A stretch of DNA of 63,776 nucleotides, filler included, from Reticulomyxa filosa (lineage: Eukaryota > Protista > Foraminifera), in NCBI GenBank assembly GCA_000512085.1. It is 20 parts of 20 records of this genome, joined end to end, with 100 filler letters (N's around TTAATTAATTAA, not from the genome) between each part and the next. Parts side by side here need not be neighbours in the genome. Positions count along the whole stretch, not along the records: positions 25,170 to 28,831 come from ASPP01002545.1; positions 28,932 to 30,000 come from ASPP01021126.1; positions 30,101 to 32,007 come from ASPP01000025.1; positions 32,108 to 33,446 come from ASPP01040314.1; positions 33,547 to 38,979 come from ASPP01027580.1; positions 39,080 to 45,824 come from ASPP01039314.1; 14 more parts are not named here. One strand, written 5' to 3'. Shown here piece after piece: positions 26,674 to 39,119 of this stretch; position 1 is the stretch's first letter, and each line of letters starts with the position of its first letter. Made by a program: the position numbers and the translations under genes. The notes under the pieces are model-generated. The model was not told the origin of the DNA, did no database searches, and saw nothing but the letters and a program-made list of their open reading frames with translations.

Positions 26674-27916
26674 TCACAAAAGATAGAGTAAGAAAAGCAA
26701 GAAGACATCGTCAGGCATATTCCAATGGTAAACACAAAGTTGTTGCAACAACTCTGTAATTCGGTTTTGTCGTATGATCCAAGCATTGTCATAGAAGGTC
26801 ATAAAATCGTACAAATATTTGTTCCATTTGACCTCATTTCTGGGCCACCATCGCAGCGCTTTGTCGTGAGTATCATATTCACAAACATGCTCCACTGCAA
26901 ACGACGCATTTCCTTCCTCTGCCTTCTGTTTCAATTCGGTTTCAACAAGGGTCTGTAACTTTTCATTTAAAAGGCAGCGACGATATGGATCAATACACAT
27001 AATGCCATTCAATCCTATCGCTTTTTTTTTTTTTTTAAAAAAAATTATACATACACATATAAAAAAGAGGCTCTATGTTTATTTTCTTATATACGTACAC
27101 ATATAGTTATACGTCAACAAACACACAAACGTATCTATAAAGTATATGTATACATATACATATATTAATATGCATGTATTTGACCAGGATAGTAAGACAT
27201 AGGGACTCCAGCACAAACGATTTGATATGGGATTCCATCGTTGCGATATAAAAAGAGTTTGAGTTGTACGTGATAAAACGGATCGGCAAGTTTGTCATAG
27301 ACGACAAAGTAGATGGTAGAAGATGCCCCATGAGTAGCGCTTTCAATCAACAAACAATCTGCAAATTGCAATTCGCGCAAGTCTTGAAGCATGTTTTTCA
27401 ATACAAAGATATTAGTTTGTGTATTTTGAGCACTCCATTCTTCTGCCTCCAATTTTTTCAAATACAACTTCATTTGCTTTTTAATGCGCAAGATCGACGA
27501 GTCATGTAGCATTTCTTTTAATGGCCAAAATAAGCTACGGCCATTTCCTTGTTGGTTTGTTTTAAGATTTATCAATCAAAAAAAAAAAAAAAAAAAGAGG
27601 GTTTCTTTTTTTATTTTTTTATTTAATTAACAAAAAAAAAAAAAATAAGAAAGTAAAAAATCTTTGCATTGATACCAAGACTATATTGTGATCTTTTTTC
27701 ATTACATTTCATTACCTCGCCCAGTAAATTCACTTCTTTGGGCCACATCCAACGTATCACTCGACATCTCCCTTCTTCTCTCCAACTTTGAGGAAATGCG
27801 TGCCAAAACGCGTGTCCTTTCTTTGCTATTATAAGATTGTTATCCGCAATTTTCCTCTTTTTGCTGCATATTTCACTTCTTTCATCTTTTGGAAGTGCTC
27901 TTTTGCGTTGCAGCAT
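26674..27916 (-). CDS. Three-exon hypothetical protein with N-terminal basic NLS-like motif
   Basis: ORFs 27623-27916, 27165-27575 and 26674-27012 are separated by AT/poly-T-rich GT...AG segments. KRK-type motif 'SKKRK'. No family recognised. Confidence 0.55.
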
Positions 27917-28307
27917 TATATTATTTTGTGTATGTGCTTTGGATATATTATATCTTCAAAAAGAAAAAGGGACTTTCGGTTCACTTTTTGAGGTTTTTTC
28001 ATTTAATCAAAATGTTATATAAAAAAGAATGCGATGCAAACTAGCGCGAAGAAATTTTAAAGAGGATTCATTGAATCTCAAATGGGTGGGAAACTTCAAG
28101 TTAGAAAAAAGATTAAAAATGTGCGTTTCGTTTGTCACAAGCCACATAATATGTAAGATCATCATTTTTCCCCCAGGCATGGCATAAGAAGGAGAAAAGA
28201 AGTGACAAAGCACATGATTTTTTTTCTTTTTATCCAAAGACAATGAAAAAAAAAAACGGAACATTTAACTGAAAAAGAAAAGAAAAAAAAAGATTTAAGA
28301 GTATTAT

Positions 28308-28831
28308 TTATTTACTGTGTTTGATAAGCCAATTTAAAGTATTGTCAATGTTAATAACCTCCTTACATGAAATTTCATAATAACCAATTTCTCTGTCCCC
28401 TAGGCTTTTCAGATCTCTAATAGTTTCCACATACAACATTGTATATGCATATATGTAAATATAAGTATGTACATGTATACATATATGTATTACATGGACA
28501 TATATGTACATACATACGACAATGACATTAACAAACAAACCAAAAAAAATAAAAAGTTGCGACGTAACAGTATGTCAATGATTTCAGCATCACTTCTAGC
28601 ATCTGGGAGATCATTTTTATTGAACAATAAAAGCAAGGGAATTTTCTCCAAGTTGGGCGAAGAAAGCAAATGTCTCAATTGTTTTTTTGCCTGAGGAAAT
28701 TTTTTCGGATCTGCCGCGTCAATCATAAATCTGTTTTTTTTTTTGTTTTGTTATTGCTTCTTGCTATTCTTACATTGTCCCAAACAAAGGCAACGGCACT
28801 TACATGATCGCATCGTTTTTGCGACAATATC
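28308..28831 (-). CDS. ARL8: ARL8-like small GTPase, C-terminal exons (5'-partial)
   Basis: Spliced: [17 protein letters not shown]...[13 protein letters not shown]...[29 protein letters not shown]. Matches ARL8 hallmarks RYCR, NKxDL, DREI..Y.ISCK, WLI.HSK. Confidence 0.9.
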
Positions 28832-28991
28832 NNNNNNNNNNNNNNNNNNNNNNNNNNNNNNNNNNNNNNNNNNNNTTAATTAATTAANNNNNNNNNNNNN
28901 NNNNNNNNNNNNNNNNNNNNNNNNNNNNNNNAAAAACCCGGAATTCAAACCCTTTCGGTTCCAACAACAACTTTTGTTTATTTGTTAAACA

Positions 28992-29940
28992 ATGAACACC
29001 ATTTGTGAATGGTGTGGGTTGGCTGTCGAAACAGGAAAAGGACAATGGCGGCCGAAAAAGAAGGAAAGCAATATGGTGATGTTCGACCACGAAAAGTTGG
29101 AAAAGTCAATGGAAAAAGGAGACAAACTGTTGCCCTCATTGAAAGGCAAAGATATTGGTGGTGATGTACATTTGCAGGGTACTGCCACAAGTGCAGATGC
29201 AAGTGCAAGTGCAAGTGCGGGAGCAGAAGTGGCAACCTCGACAACTGTCAATAACATCACAGGAGCAACAACAACTGCAAAGGCACTTGGCCCACAAGGC
29301 AATGGTGTGCAGGGCCAAAGTATTACTCGTGTGAAGCCAGTTGTCCATAACCGACAAGGCGAACCGACCATTCAAGATATCAAAGAGGCGAGCAAGCACG
29401 TGCACATGATTCGTGTAGATGCTGCTACGGATAGGTATTTCCAATACTTGTATTTTTTTTTTTTTTTTTATTGGGTCCTATCCTCCTCTCTCCTTATTTA
29501 TTTTGTTTTATCTGTGTGTTGTCAGTCATCGTCCTTACAATCGACCATTACCACTGGCTCCAGGTGTGGTGAGAAGTGGCACTTTTACGGCGGCGGTGGA
29601 ACCACGAGAACGTTCTTCGAATGCTCCTCCTTTGCCGCAAGGGGAGGTTGGAGTCGCTCTCAAGTTCAATCCGCCTCAAGCTCCTCATGAAGTGCCTTCG
29701 CAGACGGCAGCCCACTTCAATCGTGGCAGTGGCAGCAGCGGCAGCAGTGGTGGCGGCGATGGCGGCGGTGGCGACAGTGGAGACGACAGACATCAGCACA
29801 GACATTCCAAAAAACGACAACACCCGCAAAAGTGGTCTCACAACGAAGTGCACAGCGCCGCACCATCGCACCACCCTCAAATGCAGCAACAGATACAGCA
29901 ACAGATACAGCAACAACAACAACAACAACAATATATCCAA

Positions 29941-29996
<56 letters not shown>

Positions 29997-30000
29997 TCAA
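28992..30000 (+). CDS. Low-complexity hypothetical protein ending in polyglutamine (spliced, 3'-partial)
   Basis: ORF from 28992; intron about 29434-29525; second exon with Gly/Ser-rich and (CAA/CAG)n poly-Q running to the contig end. Confidence 0.55.
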
Positions 30001-30336
30001 NNNNNNNNNNNNNNNNNNNNNNNNNNNNNNNNNNNNNNNNNNNNTTAATTAATTAANNNNNNNNNNNNNNNNNNNNNNNNNNNNNNNNNNNNNNNNNNNN
30101 CATAGGCGTTCAGCCATGTGTGATAAGGGCTTGCCCTACAAATAAAAGAACATCAATTTTAAAAATATTTTTTGAAATTTTTTTTTGATTGAAAACTTAA
30201 TAGTCAAGAGAAAAATGATATTTTCTGCTTGACAAATAATCAATAATATTCACAAGTTCACTTAAAAAAAAGTCTGTTATTGGGGGGGGTTTGTATAACC
30301 TTCTCCTAAAGTTTAAAAATATATAGTATTCCAGAG

Positions 30337-30452
30337 GCTACGTACTATGCAGTTTTATCCTTTATGATGGCAGTGTGACTTTAGCATCAGCTGCCAGACC
30401 TACCATTTGGGGGTAAGTGCTCGTAGCGACCGCACCGGATCCCATTTTTTTT
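30337..30452. ncRNA. Candidate structured small RNA (unassigned), related to 21110-21217
   Basis: Terminal stem GCTACG/CGTAGC (30337-42/30422-27) and inner stem TGGCAG/CTGCCA (30368-73/30391-96), followed by a T-run. Confidence 0.4.
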
Positions 30453-30853
30453 CATTTTTTTTGCAGAAACATGAAATTTTATGCATTTATATTGATGAAT
30501 TAATTGAATATGATATATTTTTGATTAACAAATTGAGTGAAATATGATATGTTATTGTTAATGAAATTCAGCAAAAAGCAAAAGATCAAATGCGGATTGC
30601 TTTCTGGATTCATTTTGAAAAAAAAAAAACATATAGTTGCAAAAATAATCTTTCACTATAAAGTCCTCCCTCCCTTTTGCAAAAAAAAAAAAAAAAAAGC
30701 AAACTGAATACTAGAGATACCACATCGATAGTGGAGTTATTTGATTTATTTACAACAGTAATCAACAAAGTCAAAATTTTTTATTGTATCAAAAAAGCTT
30801 TCAAATATGCACATATAATGCGTACTATTATTATTTTTTTTTGTTTAATTATA

Positions 30854-31960
30854 TCAATCCACATGACTCTTTTGAGTGGCTCGAAATGCCAACAATCTTC
30901 CTTCATTCCCTTGCCTTTCTGCATATCGATAATCAAATTCTAAAGCAGGTCTGTTAGCAGTAACTTCATTTTCAATTTCATCACTGTCCATGATCAATTT
31001 CGTTGTTTCTTCTCTACGTAACTTGACGGCATACCATATAAGCAACGCGTGATACACAAGTAAATATACTGCGCAGACCCATAAGAATATGCGATCTATA
31101 TGATTGGAATTTTTTAAATTCAATGCCGCAAGAAATGCTGTCTCTAGATTCATTGCAATTAAAAATAAGTTTCCTGATAATATATACTTATCCTGTCAAT
31201 CCACAACATTCCATCGAAATCCAAATTATAAAAAATTACCAATACAATTACAAAAAAAAAAAAAAAAAGAGTTAACTGAACTAAGAATGTGAGATACGAG
31301 ACAGGAGGCAAGTTTTGTTTAACAATAAATAAAAACGCCACTGCTGTTAAGACCAATGTAAAGCCTAAGTTCAATCGATCACCAGGGTCGATGACAGGAT
31401 CTATGCTAAATGATGATAATGCCAACATTTCAATGCATGACATTAAAAAACACACGTTCCACATGGTGCTTCCCCATCGACGCTTCATCTTCAATCTGAA
31501 CATATTTAATTCGTTCAAATGAACAAACAAACAAACAAATATAACTTGTGGGCTATTTCTGTATTATTGTTCCAATTTTTTTTTTTTTTCCCTCCCTTCA
31601 TCTTTGTCTCAATCTCATTTCAATTGTGCATCCTTACTGTAGTTCAGAGTTCCCCGATGAAAAAGGGTATATTTGCCGTTAGCAAAAGGAGGGAGAGAGA
31701 GAGAGGAAAGATGCAATGCAACGCATCAAACGAAGGAAAAAATAACTATACCTGAGAATAATCATCGGATAAGTCGTGGAACTGCGACTGCTCCCAGCAT
31801 TGGTTTGACCCAATTCAATACGAGCAGCTTCCATATCCCATTCGTCAATAACTGAATAACGCGGATCTACACTACCAAAATGTTTTCTACGTAATTCGGG
31901 GATAAATGTTACTTTCACATCAGTGCTATTCTCACGCATTACTACACCCAAGTCTTGGCA
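30854..31960 (-). CDS. Pentameric ligand-gated ion channel subunit (protist Pro-loop type), 5'-partial, spliced
   Basis: ECD tail ..CQDL..EWDM..; pre-M1 RR; M2 DRLNLGFTLVLTAVAF; M2-M3 LPPVSYLTFL|DKY; M3/M4 hydrophobic helices. Two GT-AG introns. Confidence 0.85.
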
Positions 31961-33624
31961 CTTCATGTACATGTACATGTACATATACACGTTCACACAC
32001 ACACACANNNNNNNNNNNNNNNNNNNNNNNNNNNNNNNNNNNNNNNNNNNNTTAATTAATTAANNNNNNNNNNNNNNNNNNNNNNNNNNNNNNNNNNNNN
32101 NNNNNNNCAATCGTGATATGGCATTATAACAGTTGGCAAATAAATCCCGGACAATCTTGATTTTATAGTCGAGCGGCACCAAGGTCCAGTTTCCAAGATA
32201 AAAGAAAAGGAAAATGTGATGATATCGCACAAAGTACTAACGATATGAGCATTACGGTGTCGCAGCAACGGGATTTATTGAAGGAGTAGAAAAAGGTGAA
32301 TAAAAGGACGTGGACGTTGTTACATGTGGCGTTCGAGTAAACCACGACATGGGAAGAATCGCTTCATATGCGAAGATTCAATTTGGTGGAGTAGTTATGC
32401 AACGCTCAAGCCAAGATCATTCGCAAACAATAAGGGAAGAGAGAGATAATAAACAAAAGAAAGATAGCGCCAAACTCCGGGGAGTTATACCGCGTTGGAT
32501 TTTTAAAAAAAAACTTTGTCGGCTTTGCTGGTTGTGGAATGATTATTCACACACGCAAATAGCGACTTTACGCGCTCTCGGACATGCACTAACTTCATAA
32601 TGTGCCAATCGAAGCTGCTGGATGATCGTGACAATGTCAAGAGAAGTGGCAATGATGATATGGCAATGGTGATAACGAAACGCAGCCCATGCTTTTCATT
32701 GTCAATTGTTGCAAGATATTGGATTGGTGTTGTGTGTGCGCCGATATTTGCATGTCATTTTTGTATTCCAGAGACTTTGGCTCGATTTGCGCAGAAGATC
32801 TAATGTTGCTACACCATTTATTACGAAGAGCAACAACGTCGTACCAGTCGATAATTGGATCAACGATCCAAAAGCCGCTCCACCATTTGGCGAAACAAGG
32901 TAATGAATTACTTCGATGTGTTGGAGGGCTCTGGGCCCTGCTGGGGTGGATACGTGGACAACGTCAATGTCAACAATCGATCGTATTATACCCACTTCTC
33001 CCGAAGTGTGGTCGCTGTGGATACGTATTTGATTACCACAAACCGAATTACTCAGACTTGAGAAGTTGAAGTATTTGTTATTGACAAGGCCACCACTCAA
33101 GAAATGATAGCGCTATAGTGGACGAGCCTTTCAATGTCATCAACTTCCCCCAAGTCTGTTTAATCGTCCAAAATGAATACGTGATGTGGCATTGCCATGG
33201 AATTTGAAGCGCGCATTCGAGCAAAAAAGAACTCAATTTATAGCATCACTGACTTCTGTTATAGTTGGTCATTTATGTGCGCCTGTCACTTTCCTGTTAT
33301 GCCTGACGTTATAAATTATATTTGGGTCCATTGCACGAAAAAGTTTTTATTTGTATATATTTTTTTTTGTAAGTACATGTCCAATAACTATTATACGTAT
33401 ATTGATTATATATTTATATGTGTTGCTTCAAATTTTTGAATAGATANNNNNNNNNNNNNNNNNNNNNNNNNNNNNNNNNNNNNNNNNNNNTTAATTAATT
33501 AANNNNNNNNNNNNNNNNNNNNNNNNNNNNNNNNNNNNNNNNNNNNCAAAGCATTTTTCAAAAAAAAAAGTTCAAAAATTTTTACCTAACACTGTATTTT
33601 TTTCAAGAACGACAGAAATTTGAA

Positions 33625-35372
33625 CTATCCTCCAATCCAAGACATGTGATTGGAATAGTTTTCAATAACATAATTGACACGAAATTCAGTTCTGTCAGTT
33701 TCTGCTTGTTGCAATACAAGTGAGTATTGCGGTGTAAAGTTTGGACAATATTTGAGTCGGTACCGTCCAACCGCTTCATTCATGAACTTATGTATATGAT
33801 ATAACATCCACAAGTTCCCAGCGCTTACACTTCGATCGCGTTTCATAAACATGTCAGTGATAGTCGTTTTCTTCCAAAAGTGGTGTTTCAATTCCAAACT
33901 TGGATTTTCATCTTTATCGAACAAAAAATCGTAAACATTTGCAAAAGAATTTGCATTTGCTAAAGGTAGTTCAACCAACAACGGGATTTCACATTCAAAG
34001 AGAAAATCACGAGGTAATCTTTGTTTTCCAAACATGAGACCTCCCAAGCGAATGGTCCCTTCATCTTCTACCCTTCCTCCCATAAAATACAATGCACAAT
34101 AATGCAAAATATGAACACGATACTTTTCTTCATAAATGCTAATATCTTTTTCCAAAAAGTCCCAATTTAACAAATGGCTCCAAAGTTCTTCATTGACCTC
34201 TGGATTGGATAGCATGGTGAAGAGATTGGCATGGCGTAAGTCATAGTATGCACTAGCAATGGCAAACGAGTACATCTCTGCAAGCATGGATGGAGGCGGT
34301 TCCAGCCTTAGGCTTTCCGGAGAGAATTCCACCCATTTGGGCGCCAGTTTCAGCCAGTCTTCCACGTGCATGATATAAGGAGGGCCAACACTGTAATGGT
34401 TTTGGCCATGTCTACGAGCATAATTGCATCCAGTATTACGGTTGTTCATGGGACACATATTTGTGTCCCAATGCACCCATTTCACTCCAATTCCATACCG
34501 TTGAGACACCGGTTTCCCTTCTCTTACCCAAAACATATCTTGTTCGCTCTCTATCACTGGTTCGTTCAGCAAGCTTTTAAATTCTTTGTAATAATCACGA
34601 GATTCTTTTTGCAAGTGAAATAAAAAGGGTCTGAGATTTGTGTACACTGCTGGCTGTGTTGTGCATAAATATACACAATATATACATATACAAATATATA
34701 AACATAATAAACAAATGTACGCATATATGTATATATTATTAAATCATCACACCTCAAAATAATCATGTCTGGGTCAATTAATACAATGACCGATTCGTAT
34801 GTCGATCTTTGCCATTGATTCTCAAATTTATCATGGCTAGCAGTGTCCGCCAACCAATGGTTGAAACCATAAGGCTTGTTGAAGTACGAGAATTTTCTTG
34901 ATGTTCCGTCGGTTTCATTCACGTCCACTGCATAATCCGGGACAAAGTAAAATAAAATACGCTGTGCTTTGTTATCAAGTGCGGTTTGCATCGCCATCTT
35001 TTTTTCTTCTTCACTTTTGCAGCCGGCAACAATTCGTGTTATCCTCCCTGGGGAACCACAGCTTGCCCACGAATGCAACAAAAGCTCACTTTGCCAGTTT
35101 TGAAAGGCGTTGCATCCTGTGCTAAACACAATGTGGATATCATCTCGTGAACCAATTACTGCACGCTTCCATTCTTTTGAATACATTTCCGGCTCGTTCT
35201 CTGCTACTAACAAGATTCGCGAATTAGGGGTTGGAGGTTGTTGTTCAGCCCATTCAAAAGAAAATAACATTTTTTGCGTTTGTAACGTTAACATCAACGA
35301 CACCCAGATTAAACATAGACATGGTAATGCAAACCATAGCAGCTGTGTCCAAGATGCGGATTCGTATGTCAT
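33625..35372 (-). CDS. HPAT/SRGT1-like (hydroxyproline arabinosyl-/peptidyl-serine galactosyl-) transferase, type II membrane protein
   Basis: N-terminal TM; HIVFSTGC..QNWQS, GRITRIVAGC, YFNKPYG..HWL, LIDPDMII(LRP) DxD motif, VGPPYIMH, AEMYSF. One intron about 34631-34753. Confidence 0.85.
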
Positions 35373-37859
35373 GTCAAATTTTATTTTCGTGGGTTTTTTC
35401 TTTGTAAAACACAGACTACAACGGCGTAATCAAGATCATCAAATTAAAATAGATGTAATCTTTATTACGTAAAATTAGCAAAACTTATCTTTTGCATATC
35501 TTCAAAAGTTTGAACAAAAACTAATAATAAATTTTAAAACAAAAATTATGCGTATCTAAAAACAAAGTTAACCGACAGTGTTTAAAAAAAATTAAAATTA
35601 GATGTTTGTTTTTCAGGAGAAAACATTATGCACGATACATAAACATATGATCATAATTAAAGAGGTTGTTTTTGAAATGTTGTGAGAAAACTGCTGTTGA
35701 AAAAGGGTTTATTCTATTAAAATGATTGTTCTTTCGGGTGAATTTCAACAAAAAACAAATTTAAATAAGGAAATAAAGCTTTATGTCGATAATGGGATCA
35801 CTTTTGTCTAAGACTTACTTGCAATATTTTACTCGTTTTCTTTTTTGTTGTTTTATTGATTATTTCCTTGATTTAACTATTTTATTTTTGTTAAAAATTG
35901 CTTATAGCAATATTTTCATATTACACTTTGAGGATCAATTGTAGTAGCTTCTAAGACTGGCACAAACTGAGCAATCTTTGCACGAGCACAAGATTCATGT
36001 AAACAGTTTTAAACGCCTTCTTTATCTTTTATTAAGTAATAATTATTTTCCATTTGACAAGGACCTTATTGTCGATAAACTTAAAATGATTGATTTTTTG
36101 ATTGCATTGCAAAAACAATCATGGATAAATTTTAATTTAATTATCATGAATGAAATTGCTATTATTTTGATTCGATGGAATAAAATCGTGCAAATCAGTT
36201 TTATTCAAAATGTAAAACAATAAAGAATTGATTTTTACGAAAATAAAAATAAACAAGAAATAATAAATTATATTGAATATTTTCCAAAAATCCAACTATA
36301 AAAATTTCACATTCAACAATAACTATCTTTCACAGTTAATTAATGTAATTTTTTAAAATTAACATCAAATAAAAATTGTATCGATAATCCTACAAAGAAA
36401 AAAATAGATAAAGTATTAGATGATCAACATAATGATAATGTAATTGATCCGATATTTTTGAATAAATTTCATTGTAACAATCCGAATTGTTTACATAGAT
36501 ATCAAAATTGAAAGAAAGCAATTTCTTCAAAAATAAAAAATAAAATAAAATATTTGTATAACAGTGATTGGTTCAATAATTTTCAATGATGAAAAGAATT
36601 GTCTATCACTGACAGAAGGATCATTTTTGAATATAAATAAAAAAAGAGGTCCCAATGATGGAAGTATACAGACCATTACTCAAAATGTTGGAAAGATTGA
36701 CAAAAATCAAAATCAAAATTTTTCTATTCCAGATCTAAACAAACATGATATTGTATTTTATCATTCGAACAAAAATAGTAAATTTACATATTTATTTATT
36801 AAATTTATGAAAACTATTTCAATGTGTATTTGTGATAGAACAAAAAATTGCAAATAATAAGGAAAATAGCAACATACTGAATCAAAATATTTTGCAATTG
36901 TTTTTATCATGTCCACCCCACCCCTTTTACAGTACTCTTGTCCTTCCCCTTTTTCTCCTTGCAAATTCTTAGAAAGGGAGTAAAAGTTGTTTTTATATGC
37001 ATTCCAAAAGGAGAGGAAAAAAAAAGGATTTCACATTCTAACATCATTACATCGTGTTTGTAATATTTTTCTTTAATTGGAGCGGCTCTGGCTAGGTTCA
37101 CAACAAATAATTAAAACAAAAAAGCTATGTCTTTCTTTTGGTTAAAGCAATAGTCCATAACACAAATCTAATCTTCCAAACCAAATTATTCGTAACATAT
37201 AAAGCTAAGCAAAGCTATGAACAATCAAAATAAATTACGACATTTTAAACACCAAAAATCAACAGACTTCATATTTTATCTTTGCAGCTTTTGAGTTGTA
37301 TAGCTAACAAAACATTATTTTTCTTTAAAAAAAAGAAAAGCCCTAGAGTTGTCACATTTGATCGCATGTTATTAGTATTATTGTTGTTGCTAAGTGTCTC
37401 TAATGCTAGTTGTTGATGGATGTTTTGTTACTCTGGTCGTGTCAATGTTATTATGTGGAATTGGGACATATCTTTCTGGAACGCCGGGACTGGAACATCT
37501 ATCACACAAACCAGGACCAAACTTTTCCACATAATCAACATTGACATGCATCACTCAGAGTTTTGTCAATTCACATCATGTTAAGCATTTTTCATTTTCG
37601 GTGCAGCAACTTCAAATTTAAACTATTTTTATTAAATTATTTTTTTATGCTTTCGCAAAATGCTACTTGATCTTCAACTCACATTGCTTTTCTTGATAAT
37701 AATATAGATCCGTAATTGATTAGGTTCACAAATTCTCTTACCATTTTTTTTTTTTTGTGAAATTTTAGTTTTTCTTTTTTTTTAATTATAAATGATTATT
37801 GGTTATATCACCATTTATACTTGGATATTGAACTGACACTCCAAATACATGATTTGACT

Positions 37860-38075
37860 ATGTACATTCTCAGATACAAGGACAGTGTACGGGCAAATTT
37901 CCCGATGATCCAGAGATTTTACAATTGTTAATTCAATATTTGTTATAGAAACTACCTTGACAACGCTGGTACTTTAAAAAAAGTGTTTGGTTTTCACAGG
38001 TGAAAGTGAAAATTGTTTTATTGAAGAGAGATGCAGCTTGGATGAAAGCCTTAAAGAAAGCAATCAATGACAAAA
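37860..38075 (+). pseudogene. Possible PH-domain C-terminal fragment
   Basis: 'QRWYFK...RDAAWMKALKKAIN' resembles the PH beta7/terminal helix. An in-frame stop is nearby. Confidence 0.3.
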
Positions 38076-38332
38076 AATGTTGAAACAAAATCAAAAGTAG
38101 ATAGTTGTGGTAACAACTAATTAAGATATGGTTCTTTTACCCAGCACAAGCCAACTCACTTTCTAAAATCAGAGATAGAAATTATTAATAATAAATAGAA
38201 ACAATTAAAAGAGATGAATTAATAAGGAAACAAATTTCGAAAAAAGAAAATCGAGAAAACAAACAGCCAGTCAACATTTGGGTTACCATAAGATGACAAG
38301 ATAAAGGGTTGTACAAAAAATTTTTGTTCTCC

Positions 38333-38960
38333 CTACCGTCGATAAGGGCAATGGAAATTTGGAGCACATAATGGTTGTGCACTTTTATTTGTTTGAAATT
38401 GCTTTTCCAATTCCAACAAATGCAGTTCCGTGATTACTCCAATTAGACGTGAGTATTTGGTAACATAAACATTTTCAGGTTTTAAAATATGAAATAGAGT
38501 GTAGATTTTGGATAAAGGCATTTCTGCAATGACCTGAAAAGGTGCCAAGTGTAGCCTCTCCAAAAATCCACCTGCCATCAGTGAGCAATGACGCCTTCGT
38601 ATTTCTTTGGAGGGTGAGTTAGTTAAGACATTGTTTTTGTTTTCAAAAGCATTTTTTTTGTCAGCGTCAATTTCGGTGCGTTCAGGAGAATGTACAGGAG
38701 CATTGATTTTTTGTCTTGAAAATAGTTGTCGAGATTTCAATTTCCAATCGAGTGCTTTTAGACGAGATTCAAGTTTGTTTTCTGAGACTGGCGGTCCCTT
38801 ATTTTGATTAGGCATATGTGCATCCCGAAGTTTTGCAGGAATTTGCTCGACATAAACATCAGGGGCGATTGTTTGCAAAAAATCCATCAGCACGTTTCGT
38901 CGGACTTCGCCAACCAGCACATGTTCACCTGCAGCATGAACTAATGGGAACCTTGAGTCA
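38333..38960 (-). CDS. CLC chloride channel/antiporter C-terminal CBS pair (last exon)
   Basis: CBS1 RFPLVH...VLVGEVRR and CBS2 LAPFQVIAEMPLSKIYTLFHIL...VYVTKYSRLIGVIT, as in ClC-1/2 tails. Confidence 0.8.
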
Positions 38961-39119
38961 ATCAATCAATCAATCAATCNNNNNNNNNNNNNNNNNNNNN
39001 NNNNNNNNNNNNNNNNNNNNNNNTTAATTAATTAANNNNNNNNNNNNNNNNNNNNNNNNNNNNNNNNNNNNNNNNNNNNGGGGGTGGGGAAGGTCAATGT
39101 AACAAACAAAACTAAACTT

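Noticed and set aside
32108-33446. Coding-like, GC-richer contig with many short overlapping ORFs
   Set aside because: Stops in all frames and no motif I can assign. Probably a decayed gene; left unannotated.
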